Assembly: GCA_040954595.2 (NCBI GenBank)
Contig: CM082583.2
Span: 7,624,849-7,688,848 of the forward strand
Reading direction: 5' to 3'
Origin: Balanoglossus misakiensis
Lineage: Eukaryota > Animalia > Hemichordata
Length of the DNA: 64,000 nt
Part shown: positions 26,136 through 40,700 of the stretch, piece after piece
Position numbering within the stretch: position 1 is the stretch's first letter
How the letters are laid out: every line of letters begins with the position of its first letter
The notes under the pieces: generated by a model
The model's input: the letters and a program-made list of their open reading frames with translations, nothing else
Databases searched by the model: none
Told to the model about the DNA's origin: nothing
Translations under genes and position numbers: made by a program

Positions 26136-27496
26136 ATAATTTGCCGACGTCGCCATCTCCTTTGCCGTCGCGACACCGCCTCACTATCATCGTCGCCGCA
26201 GTTTTAGAAACACATGCGCTGATTATATTATCAACACTGGCTAAGTTGAACAAACATTCGCACTTTTAACCGTACATTAAGTGCTTCGGAAAATGGTCTC
26301 CGGTGACAGCTTCGTAAGTCGACCCTAACACGAATAACTGTAATCCGATCACCCGCCGGGAAAGGTAGTCACGATCGTGCATACTGTCGCCATATTATTT
26401 CTGGAATCTTTCACGAATTGCCGCGCTGGGGAATCTAGTGCCCAGTTTTTTTGTTTTTTTTACACCTGAACGAAATCTTTTTGACTTATTGCTCTATAAA
26501 CCTTCTGTTTTATTAACAAGAATCTAATGTGTAGGCCTGCATGCGTGATCCTTTCTTTTCATATGTGATATACTCACGGGTTCCCCTTTTCCATTTGCGA
26601 ATATGTAAACCCCATTTCAATCTGTGGGTGAGCGATAAAATAGGAATCTTCGATGCCACGCTTCTGTTGGCGGAAATCATGACTAAAATATGGAGACAAT
26701 ACTAGTAATAGGATAGGTCGCTAAATCATAACCATAAGCTACAATGTAATACCGCATACATTTCTCTTAGATTATCAGATTACTTACATTGTGCGGAATA
26801 TTACTTAATGGTATAATAATCTTTCCCCAAACAGGCAAAAATGCTATTAACCCATGTACCCTGAAATGTTTCCACAGAGTTTTCTTTATCGCAGATTACA
26901 GTAAAATAATTAAAGGAACATTAGCTATCTGGTTAGTTTGACTTGTCAACAATAACATCCAAAACACACGCTCAAAAATGCTGAAAACATATCACACATG
27001 CACATCACAGCTACGGAGGCGAAGTGTAATTCAAGGGATATTTTTTTAGGTCGCTATATGCCTGGTGTTACTTTCTGTTCTACCGTGCACCCCATAGTAA
27101 TTTAGTAGACAGTACGTTGTTGATTATGATGAAGCTGATAACAGCTTAAAGGAACAGTGTACCGTATGATTCGACCCGGTCAACGGGGAACAAGAACGAC
27201 AGATAAGGATCTCCTTGCAGCCGTATGCAGTCTTTTTCTCTCGTGTCCTTTGCTTTGGTCACTGCCGCTACAAGGAAACGAAGTCCTCTGAATTATGGTC
27301 AGCAACTAGACCCAGAGGCTGTCGCACTGCATGCTGATCACGATGCTAACTGTAATGAAAGTGTTGATGGAGTTTCAGATACTTATAGGTAGTCTGATGT
27401 TTTTGGTTTTGAGGTTGCCCATCATCTAGACACTCAGTCTGGGTGATCGAAGTGGAGGTATGATGCCGGGTATAAAGTTTCTCCATCTTTCCTCTC

Positions 27497-27910
27497 ATGT
27501 ATGTATGTACGGTATGTATGTATGTATGTATGTATGTATGTACGGTATGTATGTATGTATGTATGTATGTATGTATGTATGTATGTATGTATGTATGTAT
27601 GTATGTATGTATGTATGTATGTATGTATGTATGTATGTATGTATGTATGTATGTATGTATGTATGTATGTGTGTGTGTATGTGTGTATGTATGTATGTAT
27701 GTATGTATGTATGTATGTATGTATGTATGTATGTGTGTATGTATCTATGTATGTATGTATGTATGTATGTATGTATGTATGTATGTATGTATGTATGTAT
27801 GTATGTATGTGTGTTGGTACAATGCAATGCATGCACACATGCACATGCATGCACGCACACTGTGCATGCATGTGTGTATATGAATGTATGTCTGTTTGCA
27901 TGCATGCATG
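27497..27910. repeat. (TATG)n microsatellite (about 310 bp) followed by a degenerate CATG/TGCA-rich tract
   Basis: Directly visible; explains the MYVC/HTYI repeat ORFs. Confidence 0.97.
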
Positions 27911-28829
27911 CCTGCACACCAATTTGCCTCCCTGCCTGCCTATCTAGTATGTCCAGTTAGCTCAGCTATCAGATAAAAAATAAAATGTGCATGCTGAATG
28001 AATGAAACAAAACCACAAGATTTCTGAAATTCACTGCGACGAGGAACAACAGCCTCTGTCGCTACTGGTTACGTCTCTGGATTGCTTTCTTCTTTTCCCG
28101 CTTAGTTTGATCCAAAAATAAGAATTCTCGAACACGCTTTTCCCCCCAACAGGTCCTGAGGTGGTCTGTTTTGAAAGCATTAGCAAGACTGTATTCTGCA
28201 CGTTTGTGCATTCAAGCCACGAATTAAGTCCAACCACCATGAAAAACCACCTGGAGATGCTTAAAAATGGGGTCCTTTAATAAGACAACACGATGAAAAA
28301 ATAGCCTGGCTACTTGAACAAGATGTGTGTGTGTGTAGATCTTGTCGGTGTAAACGTGATAGTCGCAAAATTTGAATGCCGACGGCGTATACCACCACTA
28401 TAATAAGCTAACATACTAAAGAGGCGCCTTGGCACTTTTATCAGTAATATGAGATTTTGATGCGATTAAACAACCGTTTAGCATTGAAAAATTGACATGA
28501 ATTCCAAGGTCAACAAGACTTGGGTACAGCTCCATTCAAATACAAACCAGTCAAGGAGACGTAGTGAACAGTTCTGTCATACGAACCACAAAACCATTCC
28601 TGTATTGAATGTAGTCTCCCCTTCCAAAAAGCTTTGCCAACAGCGCGACTGACACGTCCAATAGATAAGTGAACATGTACAAAGGCATCAGCCATGTACC
28701 TGTTACAATTTACATGTACATAATTTTTAAATCAAAATTTTATGCACTCTGAAAGTAGCAGGCAAAATGAATCTGCCCAAGACCTTAGGAACAGTCACTG
28801 ACAAATACTGGCTGTTTAACAAATAAAGC

Positions 28830-28902
28830 TTTATTCCATAAATTTAAATTAAATCTCTTTACATTTCATAGCAACCGCTAGAAATTCGTAAATGTATTTA
28901 CA
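28830..28902 (-). promoter_or_regulatory. Putative 3' end signals of the minus-strand transcript: AATAAA (28830-28835) and Pumilio element UGUAAAUA (28895-28902)
   Basis: TTTATT and TATTTACA on the plus strand, about 650-700 nt downstream of the TGA at 29547, in U-rich UTR-like sequence. Confidence 0.5.
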
Positions 28903-29546
28903 CAGAATTTTAAGCAGGAAAGCTGAATCCTTCTGAAGAACCACAATCACTGAGAAATTTACACCATGACTACAAATTGGATAAAGTAGCCTGAACTACT
29001 GTGCACTCTCACCCCAAGTAACACTCCATATACAATCAGGCGCTTTGATCAGTGCGTACATGTAATATTACGCTTTTAACAGAACACTATTAGGTGCCTC
29101 GACAGACTTTGAACACACTAGACACAGACAAATGGGTCATACGCAGGCAGATAGCAGGAGATACCCTATGGCACTGGGGATCACTTAATTTTGCATGCAC
29201 GCTGTGAAAACAAGGTGGTGTGAATCTGCAAGATAAGACCCTGGGAGTTATATACTTGTATGGATTTAACTTTAAAACTAAAAAAAACGCCTTCAGACAG
29301 TGGCGGTTTTCAGTGGGCAGAGTTGTGAAGGATTTTGGCGAGTTGGTACCGTCCTGTTACTTATATTCACTAAACCATTTTATTATGCACTTCTATGAAA
29401 TCTTCCCTGAAGTGCGCAGCATTTTCCAGGAAGTTGACTGTTTTCCGAGAAAGCTGTCCAGACAAACTTCCCTATAGGTCTTCACTATGTGATTTTTTTC
29501 TCCTTTGTCTTGACTAGGTGACGTTTTCTTGAAACTGGAATCTTCC

Positions 29547-29563
29547 TCACTGAATCAGGCATC
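29547..29563 (-). CDS. ULK3: Putative terminal coding exon of ULK3 (G-C-L-I-Q-stop, CaaX-like)
   Basis: A strong pyrimidine tract and AG acceptor (29564-29565) are followed by GA TGC CTG ATT CAG TGA. Phase 1 matches the phase-1 donor of ULK3 exon 14 (..STYT G|GTAAGT at 55947). Human ULK3 also ends in a CxxQ tetrapeptide (CTLQ, recalled). Confidence 0.7.
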
Positions 29564-32045
29564 CTATCGTTAAAGAGATACAAAAAAAGAAGAAAAATCA
29601 CTTAGTTCATTTATTTCAAGTTTCAAAACATAGCAATCTGTTTCCATGGAGTTGATTGACATACAGTGTGACATGGTTAAGATTTGGTAACATGTACCAA
29701 CTTACAAATAACCATTTTATAAAAACATAAAAACAAGCATTCATTAATTTGTACAGGCCACGTCATATCATAAACGAAGCAAAAAGGCAGCGCATCTTTG
29801 AGATATTTTTCAAACCGGTGCTCAGCTCAGTTAATGGACGATTTTTTATTCGGTCTTTAAAATCTAGGATTTATGAGCCGTGCATTTCATAAAAATAAAC
29901 CACCTGATCAATTCAAGGTGCTGGTGCTTTTGATCTAAGTAGTATTTATGTTTCAGTGGGGTCATAAACAGGAATAAACACCTGCCCCAGCAGACGTATT
30001 TGGCTAAGACACCCAGTGGGGAATCCCATCAGACTTTGCGGGTGGGGCAATCTGAAATTTGATTGGTAAAATCATAAATGACACGTGCTGTCAATTCCGC
30101 ACTGCCAACACCTGACTTTATCGCAGAAGGTATATACCTGTCTGGATTGGAGGACACCAACGAAAGAAAATGGCAAGAATTGTATGCATTTGTCTGGCTT
30201 ATACAGGGTCTAACATGCGAAGAGGACCAGAATATTAGGTCTCTATAGTACAGACTGGTGTCCACATTGGGCAGGGTTTGGTTTATCAAACAGAATAGAG
30301 GATGCTGGATATCATACAGCTAGATTTAACAACAAAGAGCTTATGTTGTCGAAGCATGGTGACATTGCACACCCATTTACAAAGTAAAGATTTTCATAGC
30401 AGTGATAAGTGTTGGAGGTGCAGTGATAGCGTAGTCCAGATTCACATAGAATCTTATGTTTTGAGTTCCATGAATCTCTCCCACTGTGACAGCGAAACCA
30501 AAATCACCAGAAACTCCACATATCTGAAAGACTTTCCCTACTATTTATAATCCCCAGGTACCGAAAAATCTGCCCTGTTCCACCTGGAGGACGAAGAGAA
30601 AAACCAACAGCTTTCAAGAGCCGAACAGTTACAGCTGCCGTTGATGACATCATGATCACATGACAACACCAGATACAGCTGCCGGTAAAATTGTGCTTTT
30701 TAAATTGTCGATATGGTGCATTCACTAGGCAGTCATTATGTCTCATTGCCTCTGGGCACTAGTTTTAGATTGAAGAAAGAGCAACTTAGTGAGTGAATAC
30801 TAAAACGAAGAGAAGGGTGGATTTTAATGATTCATCTATTCTAAGCAGTGCTCTTTTTTCCTACTAATATTTTGGCGCGTCTGTGTATGTGTGTGTGTGT
30901 GAATTTCAATTACTGATGAATTAGTCAAAGAGGTAAGCAACCACTTGATTTTATGAATATACACACATACACGCGTCTGGACAGGGTTACTTACTACTTC
31001 CACTATAGATTAATGTATCAATGTCATTTCCTAGATTGACGGTCCTCTTTCAATGGATTTCAACCTAAACTGTTAAGTTGTACGCGGTAGACTAAACACC
31101 CCCCCCCACCCCCGAAAGCGCTTTGACCCGTCAAATTATCCACAGCCGGGGTTGCAATATTCTGCCACTTGCATTTATTTGTTGTGTGGAGGCACAGAGA
31201 ATATTGAGCACATACTGACTGTCTTGACAGACGTTTGTGGTGACGTATAGCAGCGCGATGTGACGCACACAAAGTAAAGGATTTCATTGTTACGATATTT
31301 ATAACTTAAGGTGTTTGCACGCGATAAATATGGAAATTGAAAACGTCGGCTCCAATCACAGGCACCATGTCTCTTTCAGACTAATCTGGTGTCCAGAGCT
31401 TCTTGGTATAATCTCATCAACAATACACTTTATTATCATTTCTTCCAAGGAGTTTTTTTCTACACCCTGGGTTGGCTGGGTATGTATCCACAGATACTGG
31501 TGGCTGTACTAACAATCTTCTCTGAGCTTTGTTTCTTAAAAACAATTTCTGAAAAGTCCTTGGCGATTTCTGATAAGTGGCCATAGTGCCCTGTCCACTT
31601 GTTGATGTTAACAACACTTAACATCCAACTAAGTGTACTTTCTCGATCAGTCTGCCTACAAGCTAATTAGCCTGGTACATTCAGTATACTTTTCACGTTC
31701 TCCCCAACACACTTTCGTGTTGTTGTTGTACACTTTCCCTGAATGCTAACGCGCTCGAGTTTTTACTTGACTGTGTTTCTTCCTTCAGCATTTTCACCGA
31801 AAGCCCGGTCTCTCAATTTACATGTTAATTTCATCAATTACCCCGAGAGCAAATCAAGTGTAAGTCCCACTATTCACATTCTGTGTAAACACTGCATTTA
31901 ATAACCGCCATTAAATGTCTGGGAGAGTGTTTTCGCAAACTGTTCGCTCAGCTGATCATCTCACAAGGGTTTGTGTGATGGCAGTGTATTTATGGACTAG
32001 ATGGGTTAGATGTAAACCATGCAGGGACCATAGGACGTGGGCCAA

Positions 32046-33451
32046 CCCTTACGAAGTTGTTTTCTTGCGGCAAACATGCGGCGAAGTTGCGGCACATGTG
32101 CGGCACGCAAATTTCTGACCGCAACTTTGTGGCGACTAATCGCCGATGATCGCCAGTACCGGCACACTTCTGGCGATCAGTCAAGACTTTTGCGGCACGT
32201 ATGCCGCAACATTTAAGTAAACACAGAGTGTCTTGTACTACTGGTGATCAGTGGAGCCTTTTGCGGCGCATATACCGCAAAAGTAAAGTAAACAGGGAGT
32301 TTGATATTATCTCGTGATCAGTGGAGTCTGTTGCGGCACGGTTGCGGTATATATGCCAGAAAGTTCAATTAACATAATTTGAATGCTCAGCTAGTTAATA
32401 ATTACTTATTGGTGACATGTGCAGAAACGAGAATGAGGCTGTTTTCATTTAGGCGGACATTTTGATTGTGCAAGGTTACACTGTGATCACTGTGCCCATC
32501 AAATCCATGAATTTGATGTCACCAATCCATACAGCTGGAAGCTGCTTCACTTCTATACTGTGGTAGCGATATTTGTGCATTACCAGAGGTCAGTAGTTTG
32601 AACAATTTCCTGAGGATGATTGTCATAATCTTGTACTTAAAGTCAGACTAAATGGAAAAGTATCTGCAAAAGAAAAACTCTGGTGTTGATCCAAGACATA
32701 TACCAGTAAGAGGACACTTGAGACAAGAGCATTGCAATGACATGTATACAGCTGGGTGAGTTTTCTAAATTTTGTTGGTTTCTGTGGTAGTTGAATCACT
32801 TGAGATAACTATAAAATAATGCCTGCTGTTGAAATAAACAATGAGGGTCACAATTTCACAAAGAAAGGATGTTTTGTCTAAGCCTGTTGAATATACTTGG
32901 GATAACTCTCCTTATGGGAAGTACATGTATGAATATGACACACCAAATTCACATGAGAATTAAGATTTGCTGAACCAAGATACTTCAGAACAGAATGGAT
33001 AGATTGGCAATTCTTTTCACGGGTGGCTGGTAGCTAGGAAGGGGCCACAGTAGGGATTAATTACATGTATTAACAAGAGGTCATAATTTGCGGCATATGT
33101 GCCGCAAAGTTGCGGTATGTTTACCGCAACTGTGCGCCGCAACAGCTCATTTGCATGCGAAAATATGCATTAGCCGCGCATGCGCCGCAAACAGTTGCGG
33201 TATATGCGCCGCAAAGTTGCAAGAGGTCAGATTTTGCGGCATGTACGCCGCAAACCCGTTTTGGCATACGTGCCGCATATGTGCCACAAAGTTGCGGTAT
33301 GTTTACCGCAACTATGCGCCGCAACAGCTCATTTGCATGCGAAAATATGCATTAGCCGCGCATGCGCCGCAAACAGTTGCGGTATATGTGCCGCAAAGTT
33401 GCGGCAAGTTTACCACAACTGTTCGCCAGAAGCCTTATTTTTTCGTAAGGG
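32046..33451. mobile_element. Non-autonomous DNA transposon, probably CMC/EnSpm-type, about 1.4 kb
   Basis: Perfect 10-bp TIRs CCCTTACGAA (32046-32055) and TTCGTAAGGG (33442-33451), flanked on both sides by AA (candidate 2-bp TSD). Many TTGCGGC/GCCGCAA subterminal repeats at both ends, and an internal direct duplication of about 125 bp (about 33095-33220 and 33277-33402). No transposase ORF. Confidence 0.75.
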
Positions 33452-35546
33452 AACTCAAATTTCCTGGAATTAAGCGTAACTAAAATTCACAACAAACGTA
33501 ACAAACTGCACTGTCACTCTTTCCAAGGCGATCAGATAAATTTACCAAAACACTCAGCACCTGAAAAGCTCACACAATTTTTTATTTCCCTGAAAGTGAC
33601 AGACATGCACTGGTGCAAGTTTTAGCACAGACAGCGGAAAATTTATGTTGGTGAGGTTACGAACAACATTTTATATAACTTTAAGAGAGAAGAGACTTCC
33701 AATCCAGGTATTACAATCTATAATCCTAGTACATAGTAAGTTTAAAGGGAGAAGTTTTATGGAATGATGTCTTAACACAGAGAAGCTTATGGCTACATGT
33801 ATATAACCATGCAAAGCAAATAATCCCTGGCAATGATTTTTTTCCTTAACCAACGGCAACACAGGGAACGTCTCAGATTCCTGCGAGTGTGTTATTCATT
33901 CTCATTTCACTTTGGGAATGGAACCCAAGTTGTTAAATCGTTGTTTACCACCAACTTGTACAAGAGGAACAAGAGAGACTATTCTTTCAGAATTTTTGGA
34001 CCATACCATGGTGGTGAAAGGATTAAGCCAAAAAGCTGGAAGTCAAACTGCTAATATCCAAACAAGGAGATAGTTCCTCTGTGATATACCATACATATAT
34101 CCCACATAGAAATCAGGTTATTGGCTAAATTTTGGAGTACATGGCTAAGTTTAAAAATAGTTGGTGGGGAAAAAAAATAATTTTCATGGAGTACTACAAA
34201 GAGAAACCTGTCATACTGTTGAAATGTGTAGAATATAGGCATATAGGTGTAGGGTTCACGGGCAGTTGGCTCTCATCTGATCAATGACAGTTTCAAGCCA
34301 GACCAGCTTTACTCCAAGAAAAAACCATGATCAGCACACACACTAAATCACAGTGAGTCGGCTGACATATTCTTGATTTAGGCGAGGTAATATATCCATC
34401 AATTACAAGTGAATTGTGAAGGAGCCATCCGAGATGGCAGCTATAATGTCGAGATGAAATGACCTGTGAAAGTCTACTAACACACCAGATAATCTTCTGC
34501 GAGAAATGATGCCCACTAAGCTCAACACAAGTAATTACCAGTAACCCACCAAGTGCCTGGTCATCGGCTGATTCGGCTGTAAATAAAAAGACTGGCTGTT
34601 TTCCTCAACCGACAGAATAAAACCGGCTGTCTGCGTATTATCCACTTCAAACCCATCCATCAGGTGATCAGTTGGTGTCTGCAGTATGAATTGTCCTCAG
34701 TTTTGAATCCAAAAAAAAGCAAAGATTGAACACCACATCCAAGATAGATTAAAAAACAGGGAAGGTCAGATTAGATTGTTAAACTCTCTTGGTTATTATG
34801 TGGCCATAAAACTGTGGCATTAGTATTAACGACAGAGCCACTGATGTCAACCTGGGTGTTAACCCTTCCACCGCCATTTTGCTGTAAAAAGATCCATGCA
34901 ACGTATTAGCAATGTTTGGAGTGTACTGCCATACAGCACGTCACACAACCAAAAACCTTGAGAGAATTCTGAGAGAATTTCATTGGAATACTGCAACGAC
35001 ACTGCAGCTACCTCTTCACAGGAACATGGAGTTTGGTCAAGTAAACATCATCTTTCCATAATTGTCTTTGTTTTGAGAAATTCAGTGTTTCTGCATGAAG
35101 AGAGCTGCTGATTGGAGTATTTCAAATTATGGCAAAAGAAAAAAAAAACTATATGGTCAGTTCACTCAGTGATTTGCGTTTTAAGAAAGCAAGGCTTAGT
35201 GTCTTTGATTGAGATTTTGGCGGTGATGTCTATCACATTTGTATTTTGGGATTCACCTCTCACTCAGTACGAAAAAAAAATTGCTAAGTAAATAAGAATT
35301 GATGAAAAGGAATTCTATTGAATGAAGAGACAGCTTGTTAAGTGCTGATGGAGCCCCAGCTGGAGAAAGATTACCTCAACATAAAGAATCTGCTAGGACA
35401 AGATTTGAATGTAAATTAAATCAGGGTGGTTTTACGTGGATTAGCAGAGCTGTACTAGGGTTCTTAGTTATGATCTACGACGTCAGTTGATCAGGAGTTA
35501 TAGCTGAATCTCATGTTGTTTGATTTGCTGTTTGTGCTTAAAATTA

Positions 35547-35560
35547 CCACCAGGTGGCAG
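35547..35560 (+). promoter_or_regulatory. CTCF-like motif CCACCAGGTGGCAG
   Basis: Matches the CTCF core consensus CCACYAGRKGGCRS; binding not demonstrated. Confidence 0.5.
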
Positions 35561-37676
35561 CCTAGTGATCCGTTCCTATGACAACAAACCCTTCAATGTA
35601 GCAACCAACTTTTGCTGGTTGTCAACTGAAATTAGCACCATTGCATGCTGCCAGAATTGTTAATTTAAACCAAAAAACATTGAACATGATGTGGTGTTTG
35701 TTAAATTAATGCAAATGAAATCTCCAGCATGTAGAACACAGCTGGTAGGTAACCTTTCAAGCCAGAATTTTTTTTCCCAGACTTTAACCATGCAATACAC
35801 ATAACTGCAGTAGTGAATGCCCAACATTTCTTTCATCGTTATTTCGGACAAGAAATGCTTATGATATATCCTCCTTGATCATTAGCGCTACCTTCTGGTA
35901 TTTTCAGGGGGAAAATATCAATGTTTAAAATACCTGAAATCTTAATAGTTCCAAGCCTTGTATACAAATTGAGCCATGCCTCCAAGTGATGCATTTTCAG
36001 CCAGACTCCAAATTTTCATTGCATAAATATTTACAGTCGTTAAACCATACTTGGGAGACGTGGTATTAATTTACATCCATTTGGCAATTAAAGTTATCAT
36101 GTATTAAATATCACTGAATTTCCTGGGCAGAAATGTGATACTTCTGAAGTCCTAAATTCGCTTAAGTCGGCGAAATCCGATGGATCAGGTATATCTGTAG
36201 TCTATTGAGAAGAAAGGAGGAGGCCATTGGCTGTATATAGGAGTGTCCTTTTTGGCCTTATAAACATCAAATGAACCAAACGAGATATGCTGTAAAGCTG
36301 CATGCATGCGCACATGGCAAAATCAAAACTGTCAATTAAAACTCGGTGCTGGCCGTCAGTAAACTTTCATGAATGTCCAGCTAAAATGATCTTGTCTGTA
36401 GTAAACTGACAGCACTTAACTTACATGGAAGGAACCCCCATTTTTTTTTTAAAACCATTTCCAGCCTCCTGTCATTTTGGAATGAGGAGATGCATACAAA
36501 GAGCAAGATGATGGTGGTTCAATCAAAATCCATTGGTGATTCAGTCAACAATCAGGTTATTCACAAAATGGACAAGAATTGAAACACATACTTCTGATTA
36601 GGTCATAGACAGTAGAGGGAGAACTTAACTGCCTATAGTTAGGTGTACATGTATAATATCATATTTATTTATAAGAAAGTGAAATCAATTATGCATTCAA
36701 AAATCATACAGTCACTGTATTTGTGGATAAGATAAGACGTCTTAATGTCACGATATGGTTGCAAATATTAAATAAATCATAACTTTTATCAGCAAACAAA
36801 TATAATGAAGTGATAACTTTCCATACACTGAGAGCTTATCAAACCCTCTGGGAAAAAACCAATAGTAAGTATTTTATAGTTTGATCATCAATGATGAATG
36901 ATACTATAGTCCCAGACGATATTTTTACAGTGTTTAATCATTCATAATGACAGCGTTTACCTCAGTGATTGCAGACTAGTACAAAATATGCAATTATGCT
37001 TGGGAAGCTAAGCTTAAATTGCCCCCCCCCCTACCACCACAGTCCAAGTTCAAGGTCAAAGCAATCGTTTCTCTGACTGACACCGCCCGCAGATGATAAG
37101 ACAGCACTGCGTGATAAACACATGATAAACCCACGTTAAGTGGCCCGTCAAGTGAGAGGTTGACATGGCAACGTAGTGGCTACACGAACAATCCGCGCCG
37201 CCAAATGGGCAAACTGAGTTTTTACACGGTGCAGGCAGCCGCGGAAAAGGGGTTTAGACAAACACACTTCATCTGATTCACACCCGAATGAAGCGATATA
37301 TGACCATTTTAATGCATTTGTTTTGTAAAGCAACAAAGTGGTCGCCGTGGTTACCGAAGTGCCTTGGAATGTAGCCGAGGCCAGGCAAAATGTAGCATTA
37401 AAAGGTTTTTTGTTTCACAAGCTGTCTGTACTGAATGGAGCAATTGACACCTCACTTTTCGGAACACAATTATCCGACTGAAGTCTTTTATCTTTTTCGT
37501 TGTTGATATCCACACCCACACCACCCACCGGAGGAGTTCCGTGCTGGCCAAGCAGTCAGTATGATCACAAGTTATTTTTTTTTTTGTGTGAGGGCCAGAG
37601 TGAGTTAGTTAGATGTGTCACATTATCATCATTTGAAATTAAATTGCCTTCCTGTGCAACTTTTCTCACTTTTTGA

Positions 37677-37761
37677 CACTTTCACCCCCAGTTCTGTCTT
37701 TAGAGGTCCAACCTCACCATAGAAAACAATGGATTTGGACTGAACCATGGTGGTGAAAGGG
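37677..37761. mobile_element. 85-bp piggyBac-like MITE (degenerate copy)
   Basis: High similarity to the 56157-56241 copy: TTCACCCCCAGTTC..TTTAGAGGTCCAACCTCACCATAGAAAAC..TGAACCATGGTGGTGAAAGGG. TSD degenerate. Confidence 0.75.
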
Positions 37762-40700
37762 TAATAACTGGTTAGATCTTTCCCGCCATCATCAAAATGT
37801 GCATGCATTGTACATTGATCTCTGTGCTTGGGTGTTTGTGCAGATATGGGTGAATACACATGCATGTATCTTCTAGTCTGTTTTGAATTCTGTAATACCT
37901 CACACACTCCCACGGCCCACGCTGGTCTCTTGCGAGTTTTTCCCACAAGAGGGTAAAAGTTGCCTCAATTTTAATGAAATAAAAGAACATAAAGTCTTAC
38001 GAGGTACCCACGAGTCCTATATACTGTCAATTTTTATGACACTGTGAACATCTTGGAGAGTGTACGTGGTAAAGCATAAAAGTCTTTGACACACACAAAG
38101 ACACCACTAAAAGAGCAACACTCAGACGGCTCGCATTTAACAGCAGAATTATTTTTAAAATCATTTCTTTTGATTACAGCATGACTGAAATAGTAACACC
38201 ATGCCTGCATCGTAACATTTATATATCAATATCAATATACGAACTTGGAATGTACTTGAAGATTAAACTTATAAAGGCAACATATAGTCTGAAAGAAGGG
38301 TGGCCAGCTCGCTAGTCTGTTTATGTGCATTCCTCTGGCAGCCGTAAAGGATGATTTGAAAAGGGCATACATGCGATATGATACATAATCTTCATTATCA
38401 TGTCAGGCTGTATGGGCATCAAGGCAAAAGAGATAGGCCTGTTAAATTCTATTGATCTGTGTAAATGGACAAGATTGGAGCAGAGTACCATTTGAGCAAA
38501 TTCATCGTTACTCCACGACTGGACTCGATCGCCTTCTTCAAGGTTGGAAGGAGTCCTGCGTCCTTGATGATATTTTTTTATCAGCAGTTATGCCAGAAAC
38601 AGATGATCGCATTTTCACCATTTATTTTTTTCATTAAGTCTCCACCTCCCAGGAGAATTCCCTGCATCAAGTCTAGCTGATAAATTCTCTCTCTCTCTCT
38701 TTTTGATTTCTGTGAAAATGTTTGCAGGCATGTCATGGTATCAATTGTGGTGTTTATCAGATTGTGCCCATGCAATTCCTGGAAGTAACAAAATTGCATC
38801 GCTTGGACTTCTGTGTTTGTTGATAAAATTGACGTTCTGCATGAAGAGTGCAGATTTCCAAAGGTGATAACACAGAGTGATCACTTTTCCAGCATTCCCT
38901 TGAGACTAAAGGCCATTTCAGCGCTAGGGTACAATACATTGTACTGCGAAATGAAAGCAACCATGTTTGGGGCATTTAAAGTAAAAAACGTGCCGAAATT
39001 TCTCTGCAAACATGTTTGATTCCTTTGTTGATTGCGTAGTTCAATATTATGAAAACAGGTTTTCCCCAAGCATTCTTATATGCACGAAAATTTACCATGA
39101 TTAGTATTAGTAGTCATCGTAGCAGTGTGTTCATTTCTACATATTAAAGTTAACAGAAAGTACTTTGATAGGCTGTTTGATAGGCTGAATTGCTACATTG
39201 GAACAAGTCATTGTCAATGACACAGTCCCCACTTGATCAATAGAGTAGATTACTGAACAAGCTGGCAGTTAGCAGGGAACAAAGAATTTAGAAATATGGA
39301 AATTCTCACCATGTACTAAATATGTCATGATTGAAACACAATGAATTACTTGCCAAAGGCAATTTAGAAAAAAATGGTTTTCTGATCAATCTATGACTAA
39401 TCTAGCTGATTATCTTCAACCACATGGGCAAATTAATTGAGGGGAACATGTATATTTATGTCCCTGAACTTTACAAAGATATGAAGCATTCATGCATTGT
39501 CAGGGTCACCCTTTCAGATATTCTCTGCAGATATTTAGTCATTTTCCAATGCTGAACTGAAGCTATACCAGTGTCCACTGTCTAATTTGCAGAATGAACT
39601 GGGTGTGGCAACTCCATCAGACAGCAACTCAGATTTTCTCCAAAGCTACAGTTATTTTAAATTTTAAAACAGTTGAGCTGGGCATGACCTTGAAGTAGAG
39701 CCGGAGAACATGATTGCAACTCTTGGAAATTTCAAATTTGATATTTCAAATAATTATTGAGTGATGAGAAATTCTTCTTGAGAATTTCTATTGAATCACC
39801 TGGACTCTGGTATCAGATATTACGACATTAAACATCAATTGCAAATATGGACTACTATCACACATTGCGGTAACCATTTGAAAAATATGTAATCTTCACA
39901 GTTGTGGTTTTTTTACAGAAAGAATTTTATGACCAATTTAAGACAGGTTGTCAGATTCATGTCAACATGTTTTTAATTGCAAATTCTCCAACAAATAAAT
40001 TTTTACATCAAAGAGCTATCAAAAGCTATAAAATTAATAGAAATTTCTATTAATTTTATTCCTATGTCATCAAAACTAACAGTTCTGGAAAACATTTGTA
40101 ATATTTTTCAGAATCGCCAATCAAATTTTAAAGATACATGTCGAAACGACAAACAGAGAAAGTGCTAATCAAAGACAGGATGATTCCGAACTTCTCTGGA
40201 AACTTCTTTGCATCAGCCAAATTACTTCATACATGAGCATACTTTGTGAGGGCAGATATCAACCACGGTAACTCTAGTATTTTAAGTTTAATATACCTTA
40301 CAAAGTGGGAGTATTGCTTTAGGATCAATCCAGCCTCACTGGCTCAGACAGTTGATATTCTAACTTCATGTATAAAATATTGCACCTATCGGGCAAAATT
40401 TACGGAAAAGCTGAAATGCGACCAGCAGATTAATGTCAGGATCTTAGCAAAGCATCTTCTGCTTTGTATATACATGTACTTAGAAGTCACTGCATCAATA
40501 AAACATTCCCTACAAGATAATGCTGTTATGTCTGGCTGTTGAACCGGGTATATCTCCACCGATAGTTTTTCAGAAATCTTCAAACAAACACGACATCTAC
40601 CGCGTGTTTATAGTTGACTGAAACATGCCGTACTCAGTTTCTCCCACAAGTCATGCATTAAAGGGGAGTAGACGTAATGAGCCTTGTCTGCTCCCTTGGG

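Noticed and set aside
27434-27960. MYVC/HTYI repeat ORFs
   Set aside because: (TATG)n microsatellite translations.
29485-29563. Alternative reading MPDSVRKIPVSRKRHLVKTKEKKIT* of the distal exon as the end of another gene
   Set aside because: No recognisable homolog. The phase-1 reading gives the CxxQ* ending expected for ULK3 and matches its free donor.
33088-33483. Cys/Ala-rich repeated ORFs and a possible CRISPR-like array
   Set aside because: These are subterminal repeats and a duplication of a DNA transposon. There is no constant repeat with unique spacers and no cas genes, and the context is eukaryotic.
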